Assembly: GCF_006345805.1 (NCBI RefSeq)
Contig: NC_043001.1
Coordinates: forward strand, 108,438,001-108,502,000
Reading direction: 5' to 3'
DNA: 64,000 nucleotides
DNA from: Octopus sinensis
Taxonomy: Eukaryota
Shown: positions 37,927 to 51,128 of the stretch, piece by piece
Layout of the letters: the number at the start of each line of letters is the position of its first letter
Position numbering within the stretch: position 1 is the first letter of the stretch
Made by a program: the position numbers and the translations under genes
The notes under the pieces: generated by a model
Seen by the model: only the letters and a program-made list of their open reading frames with translations
Told to the model about the DNA's origin: nothing
Database searches by the model: none

Positions 37927-38400
37927 AGTTTCTTATTTCTTTACTGCCCACAAGGGGCTACACACAGAGGGGACAAACAAACAGATTAAGTCGATTATAT
38001 CGATCCCAGTGCATAACTGGTACATATTTCATCGACCCCAAAAGGATGAAAGGCAAAGTCGACCTTGGCGGAATTTGAACTCAGAACGTAACAGCAGACG
38101 AAATACCGCTAAGAATTTCGCCCAGCATGCTAACGATTCTGCCAGCTCACCACCTTTTTTTTTAGTTTCTTATTTCTTTACTGCCCACAAGGGGCTACAC
38201 ACAGAGGGGACAAACAAACAGATTAAGTCGATTATATCGACCCCAGTGCATAACTGGTACATATTTCATCGACCCCAAAAGGATGAAAGGCAAAGTCGAC
38301 CTTGGCGGAATTTGAACTCAGAACGTAACAGCAGACGAAATACCGCTAAGAATTTCGCCCAGCATGCTAACGATTCTGCCAGCTCACCACCTTTTTTTTT
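37927..38400 (-). mobile_element. Tandem duplication (2 x 237 bp) of a family B SINE nested in a family A SINE
   Basis: agtttct recurs at 37927, 38164 and 38401; the units are nearly identical; the host SINE continues on both sides. Confidence 0.9.
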
Positions 38401-39104
38401 AGTTTCTGTCTACCAAATCCACTTTCAAGGTTTTGGTTGGCTCAAGGCTGTAGAAAAGTAATTGCCCCAAGTGCTACGCAGTGGGACTGAATTTGGAACT
38501 ATGTGGTTCGGAAGCAGGCTTCTAACCACACAGCCACACCTGCACAGATTATTCATGCTTGGTTTTCATGTTTCATTGTTTTGATGGCAATGCCTGCAGC
38601 AACAGTGATGCCAAAGTATCATGGCCTTAACTTTCCATCAGTGGTATAGATAAGACAGATTGTCATCATGGGTAACTGATGGTCTTTCACAAAAAGCAAA
38701 ATGTTACTCTGGTCAGTACCTTAAAGAGGAACTTTCAGCTTTCTGTAATTATGTGCAAGAGTGTGTTAATCATTTGTATGTCTGCTTTTTATTCAAGAAC
38801 TACGAAATGAATACCCACAAAAGCAGATATAAATTTATTTCACCACCTCATAGAGAAGATATGCAAAACAACCCTTTTGAGAAATAGCAATCAAATCCCC
38901 CTTAACACCTGTTCATCACTCAGAATCAGGGCTGTGAAGTTGGAGTCGTGGTGTCGGAGTTGGAAACTATTAAGAAGGAGTCGGTAAAACTATGCTGACT
39001 CTGATACACAATATCTTTATTCTTTCATATAAACCAGTTATAACATATAGGCCTGCTCAGAGTATATGCTTTATGAGAAATGTAGATCATAATCACTTAC
39101 TTAC

Positions 39105-39288
39105 ATAAAGAGCAGTCAGAATCAGAGGTGCCAATAGTAGAGGAGTCAGAGTCAAAGTTTTTTGTTTTGACTCCACAGAATAATGAGGACCATTTTGTCA
39201 TCCTTAAAGATGACTGATGGCTTGCACAGTGATGATTTATTTCAAGTGAAGAAGAGTTGTGCAGCATCGACCTCACTTTCTCATCCAT
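39105..39288 (-). CDS. First coding exon of an unidentified minus-strand gene (exon 39105-39327)
   Basis: Acceptor gcatctgtctccatctttag| at 39328, in-frame upstream TGA, strong Kozak ggtcATGG, 61 codons MDEKVRSMLHNSSSLEINHHCASHQSSLRMTKWSSLFCGVKTKNFDSDSSTIGTSDSDCSL, donor T|GTAAGT at 39104; unique, non-repeat sequence. Confidence 0.7.
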
Positions 39289-39355
39289 GACCGTCTTCAG
39301 TCCAGTGGCAAGACAAGGTCAAGTTAACTAAAGATGGAGACAGATGCAATGGATG

Positions 39356-39632
39356 TTTGTTCCTTTTCAAGCCATGCCTGGCTCATAAGGGCCGGTTTCC
39401 CAGTTTCCTTGGCGTATAGGTCCGTCGCAGGCGAGCTGCAAGATGCAGGAGGAAAGAGTGAGAGAAAGTTGTGGCTAAAGAGTCAGCAGAAGTTTGCCAT
39501 TACCTTCTGTTGGAGGCAGGTGGAGCTTAGGTGCTTCGCTCATAAACACACACATCGCCCAGTCTGAGATTCGAACGCACGATCCCTCAACCGTGAGTTC
39601 GCTGCTCTAACCACTAGGCCATATGCCTCCAC
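39356..39632 (-). mobile_element. Family D (V-like) SINE
   Basis: Reverse complement of 20872-21150. Confidence 0.8.
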
Positions 39633-39961
39633 ATGCAGTGGATGACCGAGATGTCTCACTTGCTTCATCTTGTTCTCCGCACTCCACAATGCATTGCTGC
39701 AGCCACCCTTCCCATTCATTGAACCATTAAGATTTCTTCTGCCAAGTCCACTGGGTCTAGTCTTCACATGCAAAGGTGGCCAAACCATGGTGCTCTAATT
39801 AGCCCATAGCTGGGGCCTTGACTGATGCTAATATTCAGTGGGAGGTGGGGGTCAAAATAGACTTGGGAACTATTGTGGCTAAGAAGTGATCCCATATTCC
39901 TCAAATCCCTGGATCATTCATTCATTCATTCATACACACAAGCTATACAGCAATACACATG

Positions 39962-40470
39962 TAGGGTACACTGGGTATTGTGAACAATTTTTAATTGGCC
40001 ACAAATGTAAGATGACATAACATAAGTGACATGTGGCAAACTTACAATTTCTCATTTCTCTTTCAAATGTGTCATCAACATTAATATGGCAGACATCAAT
40101 CTGGCAGAGGAAATGAAAAGGCATGTCACACATGTAACTCTCGCTGTCACCACAGGAACTCAGAGTACCAGCTTCTTCAACATAACCAGATCTTCTGTAT
40201 AAAAGATAGGGAAAGAGCTCACAATCTCTGGCAGGGGATGTTTCATTCTTGGCCAAGAGAAAAGAACATTATGAACAAATAAGACCTTGTCAGGATGGTC
40301 AGTCATTCAACAAGTCCAGGATATCACAATGGCAATGCCAACAGGTTGTTGAGGTGCACAACCAAGCTGCCCAAGGCACCAGGGCCCATTATCAGACATG
40401 TGGTACTAAAGGACATCAGGTTCAAAAGCTAAATGATGAGAAGAGGACAGCTGATGTACAGCAAGATTAA
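39962..40470 (+). mobile_element. Degraded 5' half of a maT/DD37D-type Tc1-mariner
   Basis: MADINLAEEMKRH..KIGKEL..AKRKEH..IRHVVLKDIRFKS*MMRRGQ parallels the N-terminus at 51129-52332; TIR-like tagggt start. Confidence 0.6.
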
Positions 40471-40834
40471 GGAGAACCCTGTGACCCTGTGGCACCCCAA
40501 CAGTATGTCACTCCTCCCCCAACTCCCTTTTGAATCCCTTCATTTCTGAATCACTGTAGGAGACCAGTGTGATACAGTTCCAAAGACTTGTTGGGGTGGC
40601 TGTCATAGATAGGGCGAGTGACATGAACTTGGGGTTAACTGATTCTTGACATGAATGGCCATATAGGGGCCCTCCTTTGTAAATGGTTAGTTTCTATGTA
40701 TGCATTGTGTTGAATGTGTGCCAGTTTACCAGGATTATGTTGTTTTTTTTATGTTTGGTGTATTCCTTTTTTTCGGCACACTCAATGCATGTATGGATGT
40801 GTGTGTGTCCATGTTTATATATACTCTTTACTCT

Positions 40835-41224
40835 TTTACTCTTTTACTTGTTTCAGTCATTTGACTGCGGCCATGCTGGAGCACCGCCTTTAATCGAGCA
40901 ACTCGACCCCGGCACTTATTCTTTGTAAGCCCAGTACTTATTCTATCGGTCTCTTTTGCCGAACCGCTAAGTGACGGGGACATAAACACACCAGCATCGG
41001 TTGTCAAGCAATGCTAGGGGGACAAACACGGACACACAAACATATATATATACATATATACGACGGGCTTCTTTCAGTTTCCGTCTACCAAATCCACTCA
41101 CAAGGCTTTGGTCGGCCCGAGGCTATAGTAAAGACACTTGCCCAAGGTGCCATGCAGTGGGACTGAACCCGGAACCATGTGGTTGGTAAACAAGCTACTT
41201 ACCACACAGCCACTCCTGCGCCTA
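40835..41224 (-). mobile_element. Family A SINE, full length, young
   Basis: CpG-rich reverse complement copy with (ctcttta)n tail. Confidence 0.9.
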
Positions 41225-41330
41225 TTATAAGAAATAATTAAGATTCAGTTGAATTAGGTACTTAAGTTGAGGCACCAAATCAGCCTGGTATTATCCGCAG
41301 AGCTTGAAGTTAGGTAAATAAAAACCAAAT

Positions 41331-41457
41331 AAGTAACAAGGATGTCCAAGTATTAGTTCTTTATGGCCGTTTCAAGTGGTTCCATTTGCATTAGTCGATT
41401 AAATGGAACCATTTGAAATGGCCATAATGCACTAATACCTGGACATCTTTGTTACTT
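41331..41457. repeat. Inverted repeat (~57-bp arms) at a Penelope-like end
   Basis: aagtaacaaggatgtccaagtattag..tccattt / aaatggaa..ggacatctttgttactt; the arm matches 5570-5600. Confidence 0.75.
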
Positions 41458-41466
41458 GCTTTTTAC

Positions 41467-41523
<57 letters not shown>

Positions 41524-42187
41524 GTCACACAGGGTGACTTATTTACAGCTGAGTGGACTGGAGCTACATGGAGTGTTTTGCTCAAGATTAAGCAGATTAA
41601 TTCACACATTAAAACTAAGCAGAAAGAAAAGCAACCAGTTTACATAGCTACTTGAGAGGATGATGGTCTTCAGACAAGGAGAAACTGCCATCAATGAAGA
41701 CTCTATAGTCTTGTGGAATAACAAGGTAACTTCATTGACACTGGTGTCACAATGAAATGCACCCAGAATGCTCCACAGAGTGGTTGGCAAACAAATGGAA
41801 AGCAGTATAGAATTGAAAGCACTCTTTGGTCTTATTGGGGACATGAGCAGCTCTCTGTAAAGTGATTATGGCTATAAAGTGAACCAAAATGAGGAAACCA
41901 AGTAAAAACGTTTAAAACACATGAAATATTAGCAATCTGTATACTTAAAGTGTATATATGCTGAAAGCCTTACTAAACTGTGGTATTCATTTTGAGATAT
42001 CCCTTCAAGACATATAGTGCTGAAACACAGAAAAATAGCAGCAGGAGGTCTTAATGCAACATGAAATAAATAAATATATATATACCATCATCAGTTCCAT
42101 GTTGGCATGGGTCGGATGGTTTGGCAGGGGCTGGCCAGGCTCCATGTCTGCTTTGGCATAGTTTTTCTACAGCTGGATGCTCTTCCT

Positions 42188-42600
42188 TATTTCTTTATTG
42201 CCCACAAGGGGCTAAACATAGAGGGGACACACAAGGACAGACAAAGGGATTAAGTTGATTACCTCGACCCCAGTATGCAACAGGTACTTAATTTATTGAC
42301 CCCGAAAGGATGAAAGGCAAAGTCGACCTCGGCGGAATTTGAACTCAGAACATAACAGCAGACGAAATATCTATTTCTTTACTACCCACAAGGGGTTAAA
42401 CATAGAGGGAACAAACAAGGACAGACAAACAGATTAAGTCGATTACATTGACCCCAGTGTGTAACTGGTACTTAATTTATCGACCCCGAAAGGATGAAAG
42501 GCAAAGTCGACCTCGGCGGAATTTGAACTCAGAACATAACAGTAGAAGAAATACTGTTAAGCATTTCGCCCGGCGTACTAACATTTCGGCCAGCTCGCTA
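42188..42600 (-). mobile_element. Dimeric family B SINE with 15-bp TSD
   Basis: TSD ctggatgctcttcct (42173-42187) / ctggatgcccttcct (42601-42615); same internal junction as 7190. Confidence 0.9.
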
Positions 42601-42779
42601 CTGGATGCCCTTCCTAACACCAACCACTTTGCAGAGCGTACTGGGTGCTTGCAACACAGCACCAGCTTGTGTGCGTTTACGTACCACTGGTACAGGTACT
42701 TTTTACATGGTACCAGCACCCATGAGCCTCGTGGTTAGGAATGCTCAGCTAGAGAGGGATGTAAGGGACAAACCTGAAT

Positions 42780-43010
42780 ACAAGGACAACCACGCTTTTT
42801 CTTAGCTTGACATGACTTCTCAAGCACAGCAAACTGCCAGGAGTCTCGGTCCCCTGTCACCCCTTCTGTGAGACCCAACATCAGTAGATTCACTCTCACC
42901 ACTTCATCCCATGTCTTTCTGGGTCTACCCCTTCTACATGTTCTCTCTACAATTAGGGACCAGCACCTCTTGATGCAACTGTCTTCATACACATTACATG
43001 ACCCCTACCA
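42780..43010 (-). mobile_element. RTE-clade LINE 3' end
   Basis: RRGRPRKTWDEVVRVNLLMLGLTEGVTGDRDSWQFAV. Confidence 0.8.
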
Positions 43011-43024
43011 GTACAGCCTTCCCT

Positions 43025-43425
43025 AGGCAAGGCTGTGTGGTAAGAGGCTTGCTTCCCAACCACATGGTTCTAGGTTCAGTCCCACTACAGAGCACCTTGG
43101 GCAAATGTCTTCCACTATAGCTTTGGGCCCACTAAACCTTGTGTGTGGATTTAGTAGAAGGAAACTAAATGAAGCACATCACGTATGTATGCATGTGTCT
43201 ATCTATCTATGTGTGTGAGTTTTTGCGTGTGTTCATCCCCCACTACTGCTTGACAACTGGTGTTGGTGTGTTTATGTCCCTGTAACTTAGCGCTTTGGCA
43301 AAAGAGATCAATGAAATAAGTAAGAAGCTTTAAAACAAAATAAGGACTGCAGTTGAATCATTCAAATACAAATTCTTCAATGTGGTGCCCCAGCATGGCC
43401 GCAGCCTAATAACTGAAACAAATAA
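43025..43425 (+). mobile_element. Family A SINE, diverged
   Basis: Head, core and tail present. Confidence 0.8.
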
Positions 43426-45618
43426 AAGATAATACATAAACACACAAACACACACATGTGTGTGTGTGATATTTCCCACATGAACTACGATGAAAAAAAA
43501 TACGAGAAAGATATGGTATGTATTTTTTTGGGTGCAGGGATTCCTTGAGACATGCAATTTATTTTAAGGGTTACACAAGGGTGAAACGATTGAGAAACCC
43601 TATCCTAGATCTTTGAGGCCCCTGGAAAAACCAATGCACTGGGTCCTTTTTAATGATAGCAAGTCTCAGCATACATAGATTAGAATTGGGGCCCTAGACT
43701 TGTGAGGCTCCAGGGCAAATCAATGCACTGGGCCCTATTTGATATCAGCAAGCTACAGCATGTATACAATTACAGTTTGGGCCCTGGAAATGTGAGATCC
43801 TTGGGTCCAGTGTGTTAATGTCTTCAGCCACACTTCCTATACATATTTCTTAGCTAATTAACACACACATACATACATTACTAAGCAACTCGTACACACA
43901 TTGATAATTAACACTGTAGCACATAGACTCAGTTAATTAAGTCATGTTCACTGAGCTAATCTACATACCAACATGTACACACATACAGTTAATCAACACA
44001 AGCAAGTGGTTAACCTGCTCATCAATACATACACGGGCACAGCTATACAATACCCCAACACAAACATACTTTTCTACTCTAAGCACAAGGCCCGAAATTT
44101 TGGGGGTGCGGGGGCAGTCAATAAGAGCAACCCCTGTACGCAACTGGTACTTAGTTTCTTGACCCTGAAAGGACGAAAGGCAAAGTTGACCTCGGCAGAA
44201 CTATACACACACACACACATCAACATGTATAGACATGCCAAAACAATAGTATACACATACCAACGTAAATGTATACACCTGAAAGCAATCATACACATAC
44301 CTCAGAACAAGCTTATATATATACAAAAAATGTGTGTAGTGGCTACCGATCTATCATGGCAACTGATATACATACCTATATACACACACAAACATTGGCT
44401 CAAATATATACTTGCATTGACATTAACAGATATACAGACACACTAACACAAATATAAATTCCAGCACAAACGTATGCATTCATACAGATAAACACACATA
44501 CATACCAACATACACACACACACACTTTCTGTGAATATGTTTGTATTATTGAGATATTGTTGAACTTCGATGAAACATTAGGAATGAATGACTGCTTGTA
44601 TGAGGGAGATGTCCATCTACAATTATCACATGATGTCAAGATAACAAACACACACACGTATATGATGGGCTTCTTTTAGTTTCCTTCTACCAAGTTTACT
44701 CACAAGGCTTTATTTGACCCAATGCTAAAGTAGAAGACACTTGTTGAAGGTGCCATGCAGTGGGACTGAACCCCAGTATTCCTTCCAGGGGCCCTATTAT
44801 CAATTTTTTTTTCAACAATCTGCATATGCCATGAGGTTTCCAGACGTGAGTCCTGCTCACGTGTCAAGTTTTATCAAAATCGATAAAACGATGTAGGGGG
44901 ACAGCTGACAACTCCACAGACAAAATTTCCCACATATGTAGTAGATATATATATTATATATAAATACACACACACACGATAGGCTTCTTTCAGTTTCTAT
45001 TTACAAAACCCACTCACAAGGCTTTGGTTTCGCCCAAGACTATAGTAGCCCCAAGTGCCATGCATCAGGATTGAACCATTGTTTTACTGTCGACTCCACA
45101 GCTTGCACGTGTCAAATAGAATTCACTGAGGCAGATTTTCTACAGCTGGACACCCTCCCTGTCACTAACCGTCACTTGTTTACGACCATCACGTGATGTC
45201 AAGACAAGAAAACACACTCACATGAGCTGATCTCAGTTTCTGTCAAACAAATCTACTCACAAGGCTTTGGTCAGCCTGGGGTTATAGAAGACGCGTGTGT
45301 GTGTGTGTGTAAGGCAAGTAGTCGAAGGTCAAACAACTGCATACTCGTCGTAGAAACCGACGGAGATCTATATGTATGTGTGTGTGTGTATATATGTATA
45401 TGTACATATATATATAGATATATATCCCTATACGGATCTTTTCCTTTTGTGTGTATACACACACACACACACACACACATAACTTATGGTAGCTCGCATT
45501 TAAATTTTTGGTATATATATATATATATATATATATACCGGAGTAAGCAGATAAATGTGAAACAAGGTGGGGGGAAAAAAGAGTACTCAAATACCAGAGG
45601 TAGAGTAATATACTTTAT

Positions 45619-45769
45619 TTAAAAGCAGCAGAAATATAACAAAAACTGTTGCTCAAGAGTTTCCCGATCCCGTTCGTCGGACAGTTTTGTTAAAATGGAA
45701 CAGAAATTTCCGTTCACGGGAACGTGAAACTCTGAGCAACAGCTTTAGTTATACTTCTGCTGCTTTTAA
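45619..45769. mobile_element. Inverted Penelope-like terminal pair with hammerhead-like motif
   Basis: About 55-bp arms ttaaaagcagcagaa..cccgt / acggga..ctgctgcttttaa; the motif from the two arms combined is CTGT-CCGACGA-ACG-GGAA-CGT-GAAA-CTCTGAG-CA-ACAG. Confidence 0.6.
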
Positions 45770-46450
45770 GTATATATATACACACACACAACGAACACAA
45801 ACATACATGCAAACACATACATAACAAACGTACACCCGCACATTTATATATACACACAGCTCTTCAGCAGGTCTGCAAGTAGTGCAACAAAATAATACTT
45901 GTTGCATGAATGGGAATGGTTACGTCTGTACGTAGTTTCGTGCAGTGACTGCGAGAACATCACAGGGGTAATAAAAAAAAAAAAAAAAAAAAAAAAAGCT
46001 TCCTACTGACTAGGCCAAAAGGCCTCAACCATTCCTTGCTAATATTAACGCTGTTCAGCACCAGTAAACGAACGTGGTTGACCTCCAGTCAACAGCCAAC
46101 GAAGGGAGTGTCCCACAGAGCAAGCTCTATGTAAATTTAATGATAATCATAAAAAATCACACATATTTATATTTATATAAATAATCTCTCTCCCATACAC
46201 ACATACACGAGTCAGAGAAAAACAGGCACTCGTATCTTAGGTAATAGACTGGGTATATTGTGCCAGCCTATATATATATATATATATATATAGTTGTTCT
46301 GTCTGTTGGTGTGGTGATGATGAACATCAGACACCAAGAAAGCATTTACATGTGTGTCTGTGTGTGTGTATCGAAGTGTAGAGTATTATATTCACGATAC
46401 GAGCGATCGTACCAATCGGTTTTGCAATAGTGGTTCAATGCACACACATA

Positions 46451-46491
<41 letters not shown>

Positions 46492-46691
46492 GTAAATATT
46501 AACAAGTGAAACCAATTGGTACATAGGTAGTCGTTTTTTATTTCGTATATTTTCATGTCTTGCTTATTTTTACACTTTGGTTTTTTTGCTGAGATTTTTT
46601 CTTGAGGACACATTCTTCGTGGTAAATGGCGATTTGACGTCTATGTTTAGCATATAGGCTGTCCACTTCTAGTGGTCAGTCCTCTAAATTT

Positions 46692-46732
<41 letters not shown>

Positions 46733-46988
46733 CACGCATAAAATGCATATATGTTCGCACACATACGAATCATTATCATTGTTTTACATCTGCGTTCTGA
46801 TGTTGGCATGGACGAGATAGGTTTTCCGAAGACATGTGTTTTGGCTGAATGGCCTTCCTTCCTTATCACTCCTTACAACGCATCGAGACATGATGTTCCC
46901 AATATAAATATCAGATACGTGCGGTTGTGCATGAGTATATAAGCGTATACATACATATGCAAGTGTATATATGCATGTAAAGGTATAT

Positions 46989-47042
<54 letters not shown>

Positions 47043-48269
47043 CATATGTATGTGAAAATTGTATGTGAACACGTAACCCACACCACACACGCATCCTCAT
47101 CATCGTATCATCCACATTTCCATGTCTGCATCGGTTCGTTGAGGAAGATTTTCTATTGCCAGAGGCCCTTCGTATAGCCAACCCCCATCTGTCACAAGGC
47201 TGTCTTTGGAAAGCAAATTCCCTACCCAAATAACAACCATGCCTACAAATACACACACGGATAACATTGAGTAGTGTGAACGCTTCAGCTTTGAAAGGGA
47301 CAAGGCAAGAATATAGAAACGGTAACGCCATTTGGTTTTAGGAAAGGCATCCAGCTGTAGAAACCATGCCGAGATGGAACATACCAGAGACACATGGTCC
47401 CTCCGTCCGTCATGAAGGGCAGTAACTCGAAATAAAATCCTGCCCGGATCGTGGCGACCTATCCAACCCACGCAAGCATAGAAAGTGGCTGTGAAATGAT
47501 GATAATGATAATGTGCACGTATGTTGATACATACGTTTTCTTTATATCATTATCGCCTTTCGCATGCGTGTATATGTATGTATATATGAGAGTATGTCTG
47601 GTTACACACACACACACAAACATATACATGCCCTGCTGGCTGGCTGAAAATATACTACTCAGCCTGTTGGCTTAATCATTCTTTCAACTCATTGATATTT
47701 GTGTCTGTCTTGTGATATATACACGTCCAGATTATGCATGTCTATCACTCCTAGACACACACACGTATGAATACACACATACAGAGAACAAGGTGTGTGA
47801 ATGAGAGGAGAGAGAGGGGGGATCGGTTAGCAGTGTTTTTGACAATCGATAAAACAGTTTTGGTGAAACGACAATGAATAGAGTAAATGGGAAATAAGAA
47901 ATCTGCTGCTTTCACTATGATTAATAATAATTTCACTCTCATGTTGATCTAGACGTTATTGGTTAGGCCTCCGCTTTTGCGAACAAGTCTTTATATACGG
48001 TTGTTCTTAAAATACACACACACACTCACGTATATATAATATATAATGTCCATGTTTGCACAAATATATAGACAATTGTATATGAACACACAGGTAGGAT
48101 ATATATATATATATAATGAAATTATTGTATACAGTGCTCAGGTGCACCACAAATATATATATATATATACGTATTAACACAGTGCTATACAGACACTAAA
48201 TATACTATAGATATATAGGAACACAGACATTATAAATTTACCAATTAACATATAGACAGACAGACAGAC

Positions 48270-48305
<36 letters not shown>

Positions 48306-49846
48306 GATAGATAGATAGAACCACGGACTATAGGCTTATTTACATATTAGAACAGCGTATAGGCTTATATATATATTAACACAGGATATATATAGATATA
48401 AATAAAAATATATACACACACAGTTATATAGACTTATCACATACGAACATTATAAACATATTAGCAGACATAGCGATGTTAGATATATTAACACACGTAC
48501 TCAAATATGAACAGAAATATTCAAGTACGTATTTACACACACATAGACAAATATGTATTAGCACAAATAACACACACATTGTATGTGTGTGTGTGATTTT
48601 ACAATAGATTTTATCTTTATCGATTAGCATGTTTAGTGTTATGTGCGCCCACACATACATGTATGTATGTATATATCTACAAAAATATACATGTAATACA
48701 CACATACATACAATAACAACTTGTATGTTATACATACACACACGTAAGCGGATATATATATATGTGTGTGTGTGTGTACGTAGACATTCATATACATCTT
48801 CATATTTTGTCGATTTGTACATGCGCATAAATACATGTGTGTATATATATTCATATATTTGCGTATATTCAATCGGATGTTGAAAATAAAGGTCATTCAT
48901 CTTGTTTATTGAACATGAAAATGCATAAATAAATATGACAATTTTTTTTTAATGTTCAATACCAAATCGTATAAAAGAAAATATAAGGGGAGGGGGTAAC
49001 CGGAGGGTTTCTGGCCCCAACCGTATACCTGTCACCCGGTACCTGAAACCCTATAGTTTAATAAATATAGTATCTGCCGGTGGACATTATACTGGGGTGG
49101 GTATATATATGATATTCTTGACCTGAACAATGTAAGAAAATCGATTGTAAGAGTAATTATATATGTATATATTACATACACGTGATGCCTGTACGTATAT
49201 ACGTGAACCAATATCAAGTTTCTAATTAAATGTCCAGTAATATTCAAACAACGGGAGAATGGACAAATGTTTGTAGTATGAAAGTATTTGTGAGATAAAA
49301 TATTTGTGTGTGTATTAATAGCGAAACACTGACAGATGCTCCATGGAGTAGAACACGCCTCCCTTATTTCGTTAGATAAATATTATGAAAGAGATTCCGA
49401 TATGAACACTCTTGACTTTTAAAGAGATGAGGCTTACTAATGAAGAGGCAGAACAGTAAACAGGCAAACGATTTTTCTTTCGGAAACAATACGTAAAATG
49501 GCAAATAGTGATTTGTGATAAAAGATCGAACATCGAATTGTGAAAAAACAAATGCAGCAAAGATGTCAGCAGCAACATAAGAGAAATAAAGAGAATATAT
49601 ATGTGTGTGGTGTGAGTGATTGGGAAATATAACTTAGATATAAGGTTTATATTAAATAAGGTTTATATTAGATAAGGTTTATATTGGTATTGATGTACTT
49701 GTTAAGATCTAGTTCTTTCATACCGTTTATATTTCACTTCGTTTTATTATAATTATCATTATTATTATTGCTGTTATTTTGTTTCTCTTTCTTTCAATGG
49801 AAGAATAAAGAGTGTGGAGTGGAGTGAGGGATAGATAAAGACTTAC

Positions 49847-50060
49847 CTTTCAAAGGGTATAATAATGATGATAGTAATAATAATTCCATAGGTAGGTGGT
49901 TGAAGAGGCGGGGTCCATCCCCACAAGTCGTGAGACGTTCATAATAACAAAACACCTTTAGTGAAAGATGTCTTGTTTCAATGTGTGTGTCTCTCTCTCT
50001 CTCTCCTTTGCAAGAATCTAAGATTTGAAGTGTTCCAAGTAGCGCCGTCTTGCGGTGATT
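49847..50060 (-). other. Putative 5' non-coding first exon of the minus-strand gene
   Basis: Consensus donor AAAG|GTAAGT at 49846; unique CpG-containing sequence; the 5' boundary (TSS) is approximate. Confidence 0.5.
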
Positions 50061-50100
50061 AGAAATGCACCACCACACAACCGCGCCCACTCTACAAGAC
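50035..50100 (-). promoter_or_regulatory. Putative TATA-less core promoter
   Basis: caagacggcgct (YY1-like AAGATGGCG) at 50041-50052 and GC-box-like ccgcgcccac at 50081-50090, at the edge of a CpG-retaining domain. Confidence 0.4.
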
Positions 50101-51128
50101 ACAATAATAATAATAATAATAACAATGGCACAGAAAAGCTTTTGATAATAGCAGCAATGACATCGATAAAGAAGACGGCTAAAACCGTCGATTGTGTTTA
50201 TTTGTTTAGCTATAGAGACGAATGTTTTTATGTAATATATACATATTCCACATAGTATCCAGTTGAGCGCCTGTAGAGGAATCTAGCGTACATCCATTCG
50301 AACAGGTTTGGATTGAAATACTTAATTAAAAGGCCTGATGGCAAATAAGCAGGTTCGAGATTTGCCAGTATCAAGGTAGGTAACTCTGGATGCTATAGTA
50401 TTACTCTCAAGTTTGTCGCTTACTATTTAAATATTTAAATATTTGTGGGAGCAATCGGTTTCATTTGCTTCACTTTCATTCCATTTTTTATTTAAATTTG
50501 CTTTTACGTTTTTATATCACATGCTAACTACAGAAAGCGGACCAATGAAAGGAAATGACTATAGACATTTTTGCGTTTATAAAATGAGATAGTGAAAGTA
50601 AGGAAGTCAAATGACCAGGTTATTAGCGAAAGATTTTTTGATAGTTAATAATGTACATTATTGACTACAGTACAAAATAATGATTGTGTAGTATTAATTA
50701 TGTCCATTATTAGATACCAACAACATTAGAAGCAATAACAATCTTAGAGAATAATAACAGAGTAAATGTAAACATCAAATATAGTTGTATAAACAACAGT
50801 TTTAATTGCTACACGGACTATTACAAGATGTAATATCTATAATCACAACACTTGATTTCACATACCGAGAAATCATGAATTGCTTTCAAAATTAAATGGG
50901 AAAGATATAATATACGTAGCAGGCCACTAGTGAAATAATTTATGTTCAGTGTTACTCTTTGTAATTATTTTACTCAATGGTTGATGCTCTTGAGAACAGC
51001 ATCAACTCGTACTCCAATACTTTTAGTTTCCTTGCCACTCTGATCGTGGCTATCACTGATCACAAATAAAGCAATTGATTCTAGCTATTACTGTAGTGTG
51101 CGTGTGTATACATACACATATATATAAA

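Noticed and set aside
38660-38887. 75-aa plus-strand ORF, and minus-strand exon candidates ending at donor 38719
   Set aside because: All minus-strand acceptor and phase combinations I tried hit stops; the plus-strand ORF has no splice or homology support.
49640-49686. 3 x 16-bp tandem ataaggtttatatta near the promoter
   Set aside because: Real but short; no evidence of function beyond slippage duplication.
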